From Anaeramoeba ignava BMAN (Eukaryota; Protista; Anaeramoebae), in assembly GCA_028826165.1 (NCBI GenBank), contig JAPDFW010000072.1:62001-126000 (forward strand): a stretch of DNA of 64,000 nt. The letters run 5' to 3'. The notes under the pieces were generated by a model. The model was not told the origin of the DNA, searched no databases, and saw only the letters and a list, made by a program, of their open reading frames with translations. The position numbers were made by a program, and so were the translations under genes. Position 1 is the first letter of the stretch; each line of letters begins with the position of its first letter. This document shows, one piece after another, positions 1 to 13,700 of the stretch.

Positions 1-304
1 ATTATTTTTTATTATTTAATATTTTATTTTAATATTTTAATATTTTTATTTTTTTATTTTATTATTTTATATTTTAATATTTTTTTATATTTTTATATTT
101 TTAATATTTTTATATTTTAATAATTTATTATTTTAATATTTTTATTATTTTAATATTTTAATATTTTAATATTTTAATAATTTATTATTTTAATATTTTA
201 ATAATTTATTATTTTAATATTTTAATATTTAATATTTAATATTTTAATATTTTAATAATTAATATTTTATTATTTATTATTTAATATTTTAATATTTTTT
301 GTAC

Positions 305-2038
305 TTGAGAATCTTCCATTTGTGGTTTATATCCATAATTTGTTGTTGGTCTCCAAATTTGATCCTTAATTTGTTCTTGATATGTTTTTGTTTTTAATGT
401 TGGTTTCCAAATAAATAAAGCTGTTAAAAATCTGATAATTGATTCTTCATTTTTCTTTTAATTATAAAAGAAAAAAAATTAATTTCAAATGAGAAAAAAA
501 TAACCACAAATAAAAATAAAAATAAAAATAAAAATAAAAATTAAATACATTTGCAAGATCTTCATAAGTAAGTAAATTTGCTTTAAAAGTTGTTTTTTTC
601 ATTAAATTATTAAAAGTTTCAAGACGACTTACAACAGCAGATTCAAGATAAACATCCATAAATCCCAAATTTGGTTGAATTTCAGACATTAAATTAGTTA
701 AAGCAATGCAATCCTATAATTTATAATTTAATTTATAATTTTATTTATAATTTTAATTTATAATTTTATTTATATTTATATTTATAATTTTATTTATAAT
801 TTTATTTATTATTTAATTTATAATTTAATTTATATTTTAATTTATAATTTTATTTATAATTTTATTTATATTTTTATTTATAATTTAATTTATAATTTAA
901 TTTATAATTTTATTTATAATTTTATTTATAATTTTATTTATAATTTTATTTATAATTTAATTTATAATTTAATTTTAATTTATAATTTAATTTATAATTT
1001 TATTTATAATTTAATTTATATTTTAATTTATAATTTAATTTATAATTTAATTTATAATTTAATTTATTTTTATTTATATTTTTAATTTATAATTTTATTT
1101 ATAATTTTATTTATATTTTTATTTTATAATTTAATTATTTTATTTTAATTTTATTTATACATTTTATTTATAATTTTATTTATAATTTTATTTATAATTT
1201 AATTTATAATTTTATTTATATTTTTATTTATAATTTAATTTATAATTTTATTTATAATTTTATTTATAATTTAATTTATAATTTATAATTTTATTTATAA
1301 TTTTAATAATTTTATTTATAATTTAATTTTTATTTATAATTTTATTTATAATTTTATTTATAATTTTTTTTAATTTTATTTATAATTTTATTTATAATTT
1401 TATTTATAATTTTATTTATAATTTTATTTATAATTTTATTTATAAATTTTATTTATATTTTTAATTTATAATTTTATTTATAATTTTATTTATAATTTTA
1501 TTTTATAATTTTATTTTTAATTTTATAATTTATTTTAATTTATAATTTTAATTTATAATTTATTTATAATTTTATTTATAATTTAATTTATAATTTAATT
1601 TATAATTTAATTTATATTTTAATTTATTTTAAATTTTATTTATAATTTAATTTATAATTTTATTTTATAATTTTATTTATATTTTAATTTATAATTTAAT
1701 TTATAATTTAATTTATATTTTAATTTATAATTTTATTTATAATTTTATTTATAATTTTAATTTATAATTTTATTTATAATTTAATTTATAATTTAATTTA
1801 TAATTATTTATTAAATTATTTTTATTTATAGTTTAATTACCTGGAAATCATCAGTAAAATTCTTTACTTCTGTTTGTTGTCCTGCTTTTCGAAGAATAAA
1901 ATTAACCCATCTTAAAAGAAGATCAAAAGGATCAAGTTTTATTAAATCTTCACTATCTGATGTTTTTAAAACTCGAATATCAGGATTATAAATGACTCGA
2001 TAAAGTTTAGTTTGAGTTTCAGATTTAAAATTTGACAT
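305..2038 (-). CDS. Calponin-homology (CH) domain protein, fimbrin/spectrin-like CH; 3' end runs off the window. Exons 2038-1841, 713-549, 454-305
   Basis: Splicing the GT-AG introns 1840-714 and 548-455 in phase 0 gives LLLRWVNFILRKAG..VKNFTDDFQ|DCIALTNLMSEIQP, which matches the CH motif. A further donor at 304 leads into an AT repeat intron. Confidence 0.75.
714..1840 (-). repeat. Intron filled by a ~12-13 bp AT-only minisatellite (tttataattttat / tttataatttaa on + strand)
   Basis: Tandem repeat visible directly, bounded by GT/AG on the minus strand. Confidence 0.9.
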
Positions 2039-2174
2039 TTAAAAAGAAATTAAAAAAGAAAAAGAAAAAAATGAAAAAGAAAAAAATGAAAAAGAAAAAA
2101 ATGAAAAAAGAAAAAAAAATAAAAAAAATTTAATTTATATTTTATTTATTGTTTTTTTTTTTTATAAATTTTTT

Positions 2175-2432
2175 TTAAATTAAAATTTCAAATGAATGAA
2201 GTGTTCTTAAAGTTAAAAGTATTGAATTAATTAATGATTGAATAGTTGTTCTTAAATCTTTTATTGAATTTGAAGTTAATTCAAAAATTAAATTTGATTC
2301 TTTTTGTTGAATTATTCTTTTCACTGATTTTGCAAGTTCTTCATCAACTTCAATTGTTTTTAAAACAAATTGAGCTTCTTTTTGAGAAGGAAAAGGAATA
2401 TTAAGTTGAAATAAAAAAGGAAAATTATTCAT
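2175..2432 (-). CDS. PCC1: KEOPS/EKC complex subunit Pcc1 (LAGE3 family)
   Basis: 85 aa with IPFPS..EA.....EVD.EL....V.R and DLRT.I.S pattern typical of Pcc1. Confidence 0.85.
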   Translation of the reverse strand: MNNFPFLFQLNIPFPSQKEAQFVLKTIEVDEELAKSVKRIIQQKESNLIFELTSNSIKDLRTTIQSLINSILLTLRTLHSFEILI

Positions 2433-2555
2433 TTAAAAATAAAAAAAAATTAAAAAAAAAATGAAATTAAAAAATCATTTTTTTTCTTTCATTTATTTTT
2501 TTATTAATATTTTCTTTTTTTTTGGATTTAATTTAAATAATTAATTTTAATTTTT

Positions 2556-5500
2556 ATGGATCAAAAAGATAAACTTGAACACTTTTTCCAACTTTGTCAA
2601 CAAGGAAAAACTCAAGAAATCTTACAAATTGTTGAAGGAACAGATCCATTTTGGAAAAAAGCCAATGAAAAAAAATATAATTCACTTCAACATTCAATTC
2701 AATATAAAAATACTGATGTTGTTAAAATTTTACTTGAAAAAGGAATGAATCCAAATGATTTTTCTGGTGAATCTACTTCTCCAATTTTTATTGCTTTGGA
2801 AGTTGATTCGATTGAAATTCTGAAGCTTTTATTATCTTTTGATGCTAATCCTAATTTTAGAATGAATGGAATGTAAAAAATTCCAAATTTGCAAATTAAA
2901 ATTAAAATTAAAATCAAAATTAAAATTAAAATTAAAATTAAAATTAAAATTAAAATTAAAATTAAAATTAAAATTATAATTAAAATTCATTTATAAAATT
3001 ATAATTAAAATCAAAATTAAAATTAAAATTAAAATTAAAATTAAAATTAAAATTAAAATTAAAATTAAAATTAAAATTAAAATTAAAATTAAAATTAAAA
3101 TTAAAATTAAAATTAAAATTAAAATTAAAATTAAAATTAAAAATTAAAATTAAAATTAAAATTAAAATTAAAATTAAAATTAAAATCAAAATTAAAATTA
3201 AAATTAAAATTAAAATCAAAATCAAAATTAAAATTAAAATTAAAATTAAAATTAAAATTAAAATTAAAATTAAAATTAAAATTAAAATTAAAATCAAAAT
3301 TAAAATTAAAATTAAAATTAAAATTAAAATTAAAATTAAAATTAAAATTAAAATTAAAATTAAAATTAAAATTAAAATTAAAATTAAAATTAAAATTATA
3401 ATTAAAATTCATTTATAAAATTAAAATTAAAATTAAAATTAAAATTAAAATTATAATTAAAATTCATTTATAAAATTAAATTTAAAATTATAATTAAAAT
3501 TAAAATTAAAATTAAAATTAAATTTAAAATTAAAAAAGGACGCCAGTTTCAAAAGCACTTGAACTTGGAAGAAAAGAATGCTTTGAATATCTCCTAAATT
3601 ATCCAAAAACGGATATTTTTAAATTAGATATTAGATTAAATAATTTTCTTCATAAAGCAATTTTTTACAAAAAAACAGAAGAAATGGAATTACTTTTAAG
3701 AAAATCAACATTTGGATTTGATAAAGCAAATTCTGATGGATTATTTCCAGTTCACATTTGTGCACAAAAAGGAGATTTAGAAGCAATGAAAGTTTTAGAA
3801 CTGTATATGTTTTCTTTTGATAAATTAACAAATTCAAAAAGAACACCACTTCATTATGCAATTGAATCAGGAAATATTGAAGTTGTCAAATTTCTTCTTG
3901 ATAAAAAAGTATCTGTAAATGCTCCAGATATTGATCAAATTACTCCTTTATATATTGCTCAAGAGATTGCAAATTTAGAAATGATTAAAATTCTTTCCCA
4001 ATATGGAGCTAAATCAAAAATACATTCTTTAGTTAGTTTAAATGAATATGATAAAGTTGTTGAATATCTTAATAAATTTCCGAAATGTGTTAATTGTAAA
4101 ATTAAATATTAAAAATAAAAATTAAAATTAAATTTTTTATTGGAATTAATTTTATTTTTTATTTAGTTATGGATTTTGGTCAAAGAACTCCAATTCATTA
4201 TTCAGGTAAACAATTATAACAATATTCAATTTAAAATTCAAATTAAAATATTCAATTTAAAAATAAAATATTCAATTCAAAATATTCAATTTAAAATATT
4301 CAATTTAAATTAAAATATTCAAATTAAAATATTCAATTCAAAATATTCAATTTAAAATATTCAAAGCAATGGAAGGATTTCAAGAAATGACTGAACTATT
4401 AGTCAATAAAGGAGCGGAAATAAATTTATCAGCACAAGATGAAATGACACCATTTTTATTGGCAGTAAGAAACGGACATGATGATATATCCAAATATTTA
4501 TTACTAAAAGGAGCTAATATAGATAAAGTCGATGGAAATCAAAATACAGCTTTACATCTTGCAGTGTTATCTCAATATCCAGAAACAGTAACAACACTAC
4601 TTGGTTGGGGAATCAATCCCAATCTCCAAAATAGCAAAGGAGAAACACCTTTCCATTTATTAATAAGGAGCGATATTTATAATTTATTTCCAAACTTTTT
4701 GGAAAAAGGAGTTAATCTTCTTTTAGTGACTAAAAAAAAACAAAATATTCTTCATTGGATTTCGAAATTCAACAGAATCGAAATCATCCAAAAAGTGGTT
4801 GAAATATTTAAGGAAAAAGGATTTAATATTAATGAACCAGATGTGAAAAAAAAAACACCATTAACAATTGCAGTCAATAAAACAAGACTTGGAATTGTGA
4901 AAATTTTAGTTGAAAATGGAGCAGATGTAAATTTCCGCGATGAACACAATTTCACGCCATTGCACGCGGCTATTAAGAATAAGGACATGGCAATAATCCG
5001 TTTTTTGTTGGAAAACAAGGCAGATCCATTTGTGGAAATCAACAACGAAAATATTTGGCAATTTATAATTAAGAACGAAGAAAAAAAAGAAATTTTGGAG
5101 GTTTTTCTTCCGTTTAAAAAGGATTTAATGGAGATTGACTCGACAGGTCAGAATCTAATTCATATTGCGGCAAGTTTGAACAAGGTGGGGTTTGTGGATC
5201 TACTTCTTTCTGTGGAAAAACAGCTTGGAAACTTAAAGGATGCTAAGGGACAGACAGTTATCCATTTATTTGCGATGAATAATTCAGTTGAGGGTTTGAA
5301 AACATGCACAAAGTATGAAGTGGACATCAATGCACAAGACAAAAACTGTAAGAGAGGGGTCCATATAGTGAGTGAAAAGGGGTATTTGGAGGCATGAATT
5401 TTTTCATTTCACAGGGCGCAAATCTTGATAGTGCAGATAGCACAGGAGAGAGTCCCATTTCCTATGCAGGGTTTAATAGGCATGAGAATATAATGGAGCT

Positions 5501-7613
5501 TCTCATCAGTCAGAACATTGAGTCGCCACTTTTGACCCATTTGATGAATGATGAGATCCCTCAAGTCGAAGATATGCTTTCAAAGGGTTTTTTTGTCGAC
5601 TGTTTGGGAGTATGCGGTGATAACGCCTTGCATCTGGCAATCAAAAAACAGATGGATTTGCGGATCATCACCTTGATTTGCGATAATACTGTTGATTTGG
5701 ATCGCGAAAATAAAGATCATCTTAATGCGATCCAACTTGCAGCAACTAGTGGAAATAAGGATATCTGCTCTCTGCTTTTGGATCGTGGAGTGAGGCTGAC
5801 AAACTATCCTAAAATGGATCTGCATCCGCATATCATTGCACAGAAACAATCGGATCCTCCCTCAGAATGTTTTAATATGCTCGCGATAGAATTCAAACGA
5901 ACAATGTCTGTTTTTGAAATTTTGGAAACAGAAAAAAATTATGTCAACGTTCTTAACGTTGCTGTTGAATATATTTACCGTCCCATGCTCACCAAACAGC
6001 TTATTCTTGGTTCGGATATCACCACCATTTTTGGCAATATCTACATCATTTGCGAATCAAACAAAAATTTTCTCAACGATTTGACTGAGCGTCTCAAAAA
6101 GTGGAACAAAAATCAAACAATCGGCGATATTGCAAAAAAACACTTCCAATTCTTGTATCATTACCGTTCATACACTTCCAATGCGGATAAATCACTTGCG
6201 ACACGAAAGAAATACCAAAACAATCCACGATTCACTGATTTTGTGAATCAGGCCATTTCCAAATCCACAATACACTCTGATCTTGATACAATCCTTTCAA
6301 AACCGATCAATAGAGTCGGTCAGTATTCGCTTCTTCTGAAAGAGGTGTTGAAACGAACACCAAAAGATCATCCAGATTATCCGCTTGTTGAGGAAGCGCT
6401 TGCTCTTTTCGAAGAAATGACTAAAAAAGTCAATGAGAATAAACGTATAACTGAAAAAAGAGAAGAAGTTGAGAGTATTGAACAAACTATTGATAGGCTC
6501 CCGTTCAAACTCTCTGAATCAAAATCAAGAATGCTTCTTAAACAAGGAAAAGTGCAATCACTTAATATTTTTACTTCTGCTTTTGCTCAAGATCCAAAAA
6601 AATCAATCAACTCAATCATGACACAAAGCGGTAATATCAAAAAACACTCTGCTTTTCCATCCTTAAAAATGAAAAAAAAAAGACCTCTTAAAGGAAAAAA
6701 ACAAAGAATTACAAAAAAAAAATCAAAAGCAAAACACGAACTCAAAAACCTTCGAAAAACAGTGATCATGACAAAATTCCCATCGTATCTCGCCCTCAAA
6801 AACACCCACAAATACGACATGCATTTCCGTTTAGGAATTGATCCGCCAACCGCAATCAACGAACCCGAAGTCAAAAAGACCCGAAAAACAACAGGATCAG
6901 TTAAATCAACTGTGAAGCAAAAATATATTTTTCTTTTTAACGATCTCCTTTTGATTTGCCAATCCAAAAAGGAAAAAGAATACATCTTCGAATTTGCCAT
7001 TCCAACAATATCACTTTTTGCCTTCAAAACATTAACTGGTGAAATTGACCAATCCAAAGTTCTTCATCTTGTCACTTATGAAGGACCGTTTATTTTTTTT
7101 GTTGAAAGTCAAGAAGAACGTGATGATTGGTTTTTGAAAATAGAGGAATCAATCGAAACCATTCAGTCTTATTACTACAGCACTGCAGATTCACAAGTCA
7201 AACAAATTGAGTATGATCTTGGCAAAAAAGGTAATGTTGATTATGACACTTGGCAAGATCTTTCAAAATCAAGAATCAATGATTATCCTTCAGATTTTGT
7301 TTCAAAACCCCAAAAAGTCCAAAAACATTCACAAACAGAAAATTTTGATAAAAGTGTCTTTAATTCTGATGTTCCTTCTTTGTATCGTTGTGTTTGCTAT
7401 TATATCAAAAGTGAAAGTGAATTTGTTTCAAAAGTTAAATTTAATACTTTTTATGCTCTTTCAAAAGATTTTGGTGAAATTCAAGAAAATCTTTTTAACA
7501 GATTAGAAAATAAAAAAAATGTCAATCCTAAAAAAGAAACAGTTCGAATGTTATTCACTTTAATTACTGAAGCAAATACTGAATTTTTAATTGAGAATGA
7601 TTTTTATCGATGA
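2556..7613 (+). CDS. Ankyrin-repeat + DH (RhoGEF) + PH protein. Exons 2556-2872, 3539-4095, 4167-4205, 4367-7613; 1-nt frameshift near 5390-5394
   Basis: Many TPLH-type ankyrin repeats. DH motifs EILETEKNYV, KPINRVGQYSLLLKEVLKRTPKDHPDY. PH motifs YIFLFNDLLL, EERDDW. Intron phases are consistent. One ankyrin repeat continues across the 4369/5394 ORF junction. Confidence 0.88.
2873..3538 (+). repeat. Intron filled with (aaaatt)n hexamer microsatellite
   Basis: GT at 2873, AG at 3537-3538, with a near-perfect hexamer array between. Confidence 0.9.
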
Positions 7614-7724
7614 AATTTTTCTTTTTCTTTTTCTTTTTCTTTTTCTTTTCCAAAAATAAAAACAAAAATAAAAACAAAAACAGAATTTTTTTTTTTCATT
7701 TTTTTTCTTTTCCTTTTATTTTTA

Positions 7725-10700
7725 ATGAATCAAAATGAAGAAATAATTTTAATTGAAGAAGATGAAATTGAAAAATCTTTTGAAATAAATTTAACTAATG
7801 AATTTAAAAACATTGAAAATGGTTATTATCCATTTATTTCTGAAAATTAATTATAAAATTAATTTATAAAATTATTTATAAAATTTATTTCTGTTTAGAA
7901 ATTTTAAGATCTGTAAAATCAAGTTTAACTTTTCAAAAATCTCTTGAAATTATAATTGAACATGTTTTAGCAATGATTCACTCAAGATTAAAACCAGATG
8001 AAGAAAAATGTTTATCTGATTTAATTCATTCCTTTTGTCAAAAAATTTTCCAAAAGTAAAAAAAATTATTTATAAAATTATTTATAAAATTAATTATAAA
8101 ATTAATTATAAAATTATTTATAAAATTATTTATAAAATTATTTATAAAATTATTTATTAAATTATTTATAAAATTATTTATAAAATTATTTATAAAACTA
8201 TTTATAAAATTATTTATAAAATTATTTATAAAATTAATTATAAAATTATTTATAAAATTAATTATAAAATTATTTATAAAATTATTTATAAAATTATTTA
8301 TAAAATTATATATAAAATTATATATAAAATTATATATAAAATTATTTATAAAATTAAATATAAAATTAAATATAAAATTAATTATAAAACTATTTATAAA
8401 ATTATTTATAAAATTATTTATAAAACTATTTATAAAATTATTTATAAAATTAATTATAAAATTAATTATTAAATTAAATATAAAATTATTTATAAAATTA
8501 AATATAAAATTATTTATAAAATTAAATATAAAATTATTTATAAAATTAATTATAAAATTAATTATAAAATTAATTATAAAAATTATTGAAAAAATTATTT
8601 ATAAAATTATTTATAAAATTATTTATAAAATTATTTATAAAATTATTTATAAAATTATTTATAAAATTATTTATAAAATTAATTATAAAACTATTTATAA
8701 AATTATTTATAAAATTAATTATAAAATTAATTATAAAATTATTTATAAAAATTATAATTTAGAAATTTTACTTTTAAATTAGATTTAGATGATTCACAAT
8801 TTGTTTTAAAGTTTTTTCAAAGTTTAATTTTATTATCATTATCAAAATTAAGCCAAAATGATTCTGAAAATTTTGTTTGGATTTTAAATAGAGTTTTATC
8901 AAGAAATTCATATTTATGGCTTTCTTCTCAAGTAAATTTATTAAAAATATAAAAAAGGGATTTTTTTAATCAATTTTAATTAATTTTCTTTTTAGGATGA
9001 AAATTTTTCACCTTTTTCCCAAAATGTTATGTTTTTCCAAAGAAATAGAGGAATAGAAATATTTACAGATATCATTTCTCAAACAATTTCAATCAAAAAA
9101 TTATTATTCATTATGGAAATTATTAAAAATGTACAAACAAAAAAACAAAAAAAAAAAATACTTGTCAAATTTATTAACATCTATTTAATTTCTAAAATGA
9201 AAATGAAAATGAAAATGAAAATTTCAAGATTTCAGAATATCTTCCAAAACCTAATTCGCATTTTCGAGCTTTTGCTAAACAAATTTTTGTTCAAGTTGAA
9301 GTTTTCTGGATTAATTTCAAAGAAGATAGTACATTGAAAAATGCTATTACAATTTTAGACCAAATTAAACAATTCCTTCTTCAAAATATCCAAGATTCAA
9401 ATGAGATTTACTCCTTTTTTCTTTCAAAATGTTTTTTCTACATTGAAACTTTTATGCAAAAAAAAGAAATGCGAAATTCTTATTTAATTTCTTTTACATT
9501 TATCAATTATTTCATTTCAAACATTCAAGAATTTGAAAATTCTAACCAAGAAAATCAAACTTCTGATTTTCTCTCTAAAAAAATTGTTGAATGGATTAAC
9601 TCAAAACAAATTTTGATTCAATTTTATTCAAGAACACTCACGGAAGAAGATATTGGAGGTATTCAAGCATCATCTTTTATACTTTCCCTTTTATCAAAAT
9701 TTGAAATTCCAAATTCCTTACTTGATTTGATTTGGAGAAATGTCGATTTGAACTATCAAAAAAACAGTTTAATAAGAAACTCTGTAATTCGCATTCTGGT
9801 GAATACATTTAATGAATCAAACCAAGATAGTTTGAGATATACATTTGTGAAATTATCCCAATTGGAAGCTGAAAGTCTTTCACATCATAGCATTTTTTAT
9901 ATTATCAAGTTATTTGTAAATATTGCTATGAAGGTTTCATTTGAAATGGATTTCAAATTTAATATTTTATCATTTGTTTCAGATATTTGTGTTGTAATAT
10001 CTTTATATAATGAAAATGAAAATGATAATGATAATGAAAATTCTGCTTTGTACTTCCTCAAAGAAACTCTTAAAAATTTCCCACAATTTCAAATACCTCT
10101 TCTTGAAAAATGTGTGAAATTTCTTAATGAGCATAAAAACACAATTTTTGCTCTTCAAATTATTAGAATTTTAAACAATTTGCAATGTCAAAACGAAGAC
10201 AAAATATATAAAGGAGTTGATATTTTCAAGAAAAGGAAAAAATTGGTTGAATTGATTATTAAAGACATTAATTTTTTCTTACAAAATTTCGAAATTAATA
10301 CATTTATTCCAAATATGCTTTTTGATCAACAAAATCCAAATCCAAATGAAATTGAAGACGAAAATATATTTATTCCAAAAAATCAAATATCAATATCAAT
10401 ACAAAATCAATCACAACTCAATTCAAATCTTGAAAATTTCGATTTAAAATTTTTTATTGATGTTGCACTTGAATTTATTATTCATCCTCAATTCAAATTT
10501 CTCCAAAAAAATTTTTTAAAACTTTGGGAAATATTTGTTGCAAATCCAATTATATCAAATATTACACAGCTATTTTTCCAACAGGTTTATAAATATATAA
10601 TAAAAACCTCTCAACATTACAAATTCTTCACAAATAACATACTTCAAAACTTTTTGCAATATTTTAAAAAAAACAAAGAAATTGCAACTCAAGAAAATTC

Positions 10701-13700
10701 ACAAATTGGATTATTTTTGATATGTTTTATATTCATTAATAAGAATTCCTTTCAAAAATTTATACCCAACGCAGATATTTCCACAATTCTTCAAGAATCA
10801 AAACTTTCATCAACAAAACTCGAAAATTTTGATTTACTTTTGTATTTTGTTTTCAATTCCGAAAATATTCAAGCTCAACAATTTTTCATCAATATTCATC
10901 TTAATATTTCCCAAAAATCTATCATTCAGAATTTTATTCAAAAAACAAGCAAAAGACTTGAAAGCGATTTCTCTCAATTTTTGGCAATTAATGAAAATGA
11001 AAATGAAAATGAAAATGAAAATCCATCCAAATTGAAAATTTGTGATAATTTAATATCGAAAGCTCTTTATCTTTTAATACAATTTATACAAATTTATGAT
11101 CTTCAATTCCCAAACTTTATCAATTATAACTCCAAATATTCTCCTCATAAAGAAAATTTAGATATCCAAATTTTATCATTTGAAATTATTTATCAGAAAA
11201 ACTCTTTTGGAAATATTCAAGTTTTATCAACTTTGTCTTCTATTGAATTTATGGATATTATTTCTGCAAAAATCAATCTTCCAACACATAAATTTATCAT
11301 CTCAACATCAGAAGTATCTCCTTCAATTATCAGAAAGGATCATAGTTTGAATTATCCCATTTCCGAATTTTTTCATTCAAGTTATCCTTTCAATGTTTTT
11401 AAAATTTTCATTTTCCAAGTTAATGAAAATTCAAACCAAATGTTCAATTCCAAAAAAGAAAATTCCGAAGAAGATCAAAAAGTAATTAATAATTTCCAAA
11501 AAAAAAAAACGAAACAAAAAAAAAGAAAAAGAAAAAGAAAAACTAATTTTGATTTGAAAATTTCTTTTTATTAGTTTTCTGATCGATTTCCTGTTAAAAT
11601 TCTTGAAGATCAAAAAATAATTTTAAATTTAACAAAAATGTTCAAATTTGATAGAAAATTTGCGAAAAAGGCTTGGAAATTAATTCTTCAACTTCCTTTG
11701 TCAGAAAAACATGAACAGAATTATATAGAAAGTAATATTTCAAAATGGAAAAATAAATGGAATAGTTTAATTGATAACAAAAAGGATTTTTCGTTTCTTT
11801 ATTCACTTTCAATTATCAACAAAAAAATATACAATCCAAATGACATTTTCTTGAAAAAAAATGAACCAAGAAATAATTTGTGGTGTAAAAAATTTATTGA
11901 ATATGGAGGATTTAGTTATTTAATAGGATCATATTGTGAATTTTGTGAGAATTTTTTTGGAGCATTTCAAATGAATCAACTTGATAAAAATAATTTCTTT
12001 CAATCATTGAAATCCAAAAACATTCAACTAGAAAATTCAAGTAAAATTTCAAATCCATTTACTTTCAGTTTGAAAAAATTCAAAAAAAAAGCCAAAATTT
12101 CCATTCGAATAATTGCTTTTCTTGGTGACATTATTTATCAAATCCAATCTTCAATTGGAATTTATGACGAAACGAACCAAATTGAAAAACACACACTTTC
12201 TTCATTGATTCCTGAAAAATTTGTTAGTTGCTTTCTCATTTCCTTAATGAACAATATTCAGTATTTTATTCAAATTATGAATTTTAATGATCAATCAGAT
12301 ATTGAGCAATGGTCAATTTCAATAATAACAAAATCATTTATTCTCTTGATTGATTTTTGCAAGAATTCAAACAAACTTCTCAATTTGTTGGCAAATTATA
12401 ATTTAAAAGATTGGATGTATTGCGCTGTTTTTCTGAACAAATCAAGGGAAATCTCAATTTATTTGATTAAATTTTTGCAACAAATTTTTATTCTTTCTTC
12501 AAATTCTCCACTTCTATTAATTTTCCCAAAAGAACTTTCATCAGAGAAATTTATTGTCCAAAACGCTGATTCTAATCAAAACTATCTTTTGAATTTGTTT
12601 TTTCAAAATTTTGTGCATTTAAAACAATTTCCAGAAAATATTGGTGTGTTTTTTGATTGTTTAATGATAATTTTATTTCAAGGATTTGAAGAAAAAGAGG
12701 AAAATAATAGTAATAATATGATAAAGGAAAAATATGAAAAAGAAAATTTAAGTTCTGATATTGAAATTATTGACAGTAGTGATAGTGGATTTGATAATGA
12801 ACTTGAAAAGCCAAAATTAAAATCAAATATAAATAACAACCCAAACACTAATAAAAATGAATATCAAGAAAAGCAAACTTTAAAAAGAAATTTATCTGAA
12901 AAAGAAATGTATGATGTTCTGAAATTTTTAGTTAATATTTTCCAAAATCGACCAATTTTGAAATATCAGAAAAAAGATTTGATTTTATATAATCTAATTG
13001 TCTTTTTATCAAACTTGTTAATGCAACTCTCTCTTGTCAATGAATCAGAAAAATTTGCAACATTTATTGGAATGGATTTGGGATTGATTAATGAAATTTT
13101 TAGAGTTGGTTTGTTTTCGCATGTTTCCAAAAATCATCCCAATTTTGAACATCTTCCAAAAATACGAGATGAAGAAAGTCGAAAGGAAGCATATCATTTA
13201 TTGATATTATTGTGTAAATATTCAAGAACCAATTTAGAACATTTATCAAATATGGTTCTTTTGCAAATTGAGAAAGTTGAAGGAATTTTTTCATCAAATA
13301 TTGATATATCGAATGTTAATCTAATTGAAAATGAGCAATATCAAGGAGAAATATCATCAATTTCTATATTGAATAATCAAGAATCGAATTGTTATATTAA
13401 TTCTGTTTTACAACAATTATTTTGGATTAAGAAATTTAGGGAGAGTATTATTATTAAAACAAAAACAAGATTTGAACCAAATAAAGAGATAATGAATAAT
13501 AACAATAATAATAATAATGATAATAGAAATAATAATAATAATAATAATGAAAATCAAAATCAAAATGAAATTGAAAATGAAAATGAAAATCAAAATCAAA
13601 ATCAAAATGAAATTGAAATTGAAATTGAAATTGAAAATCAAAATCAAAATCAAAATCAAAATCAAAATCAAAATCAAAATCAAAATCAAAATCAAAATCA

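Noticed and set aside
2980-3412. ORFs of ILIL/FNFN/FDFD/KIKI dipeptides here and elsewhere (13417-13816, 37399-37779, 47047-48223, 58154-59237, 60469-60835)
   Set aside because: Alternative-frame or antisense translations of hexamer microsatellites.
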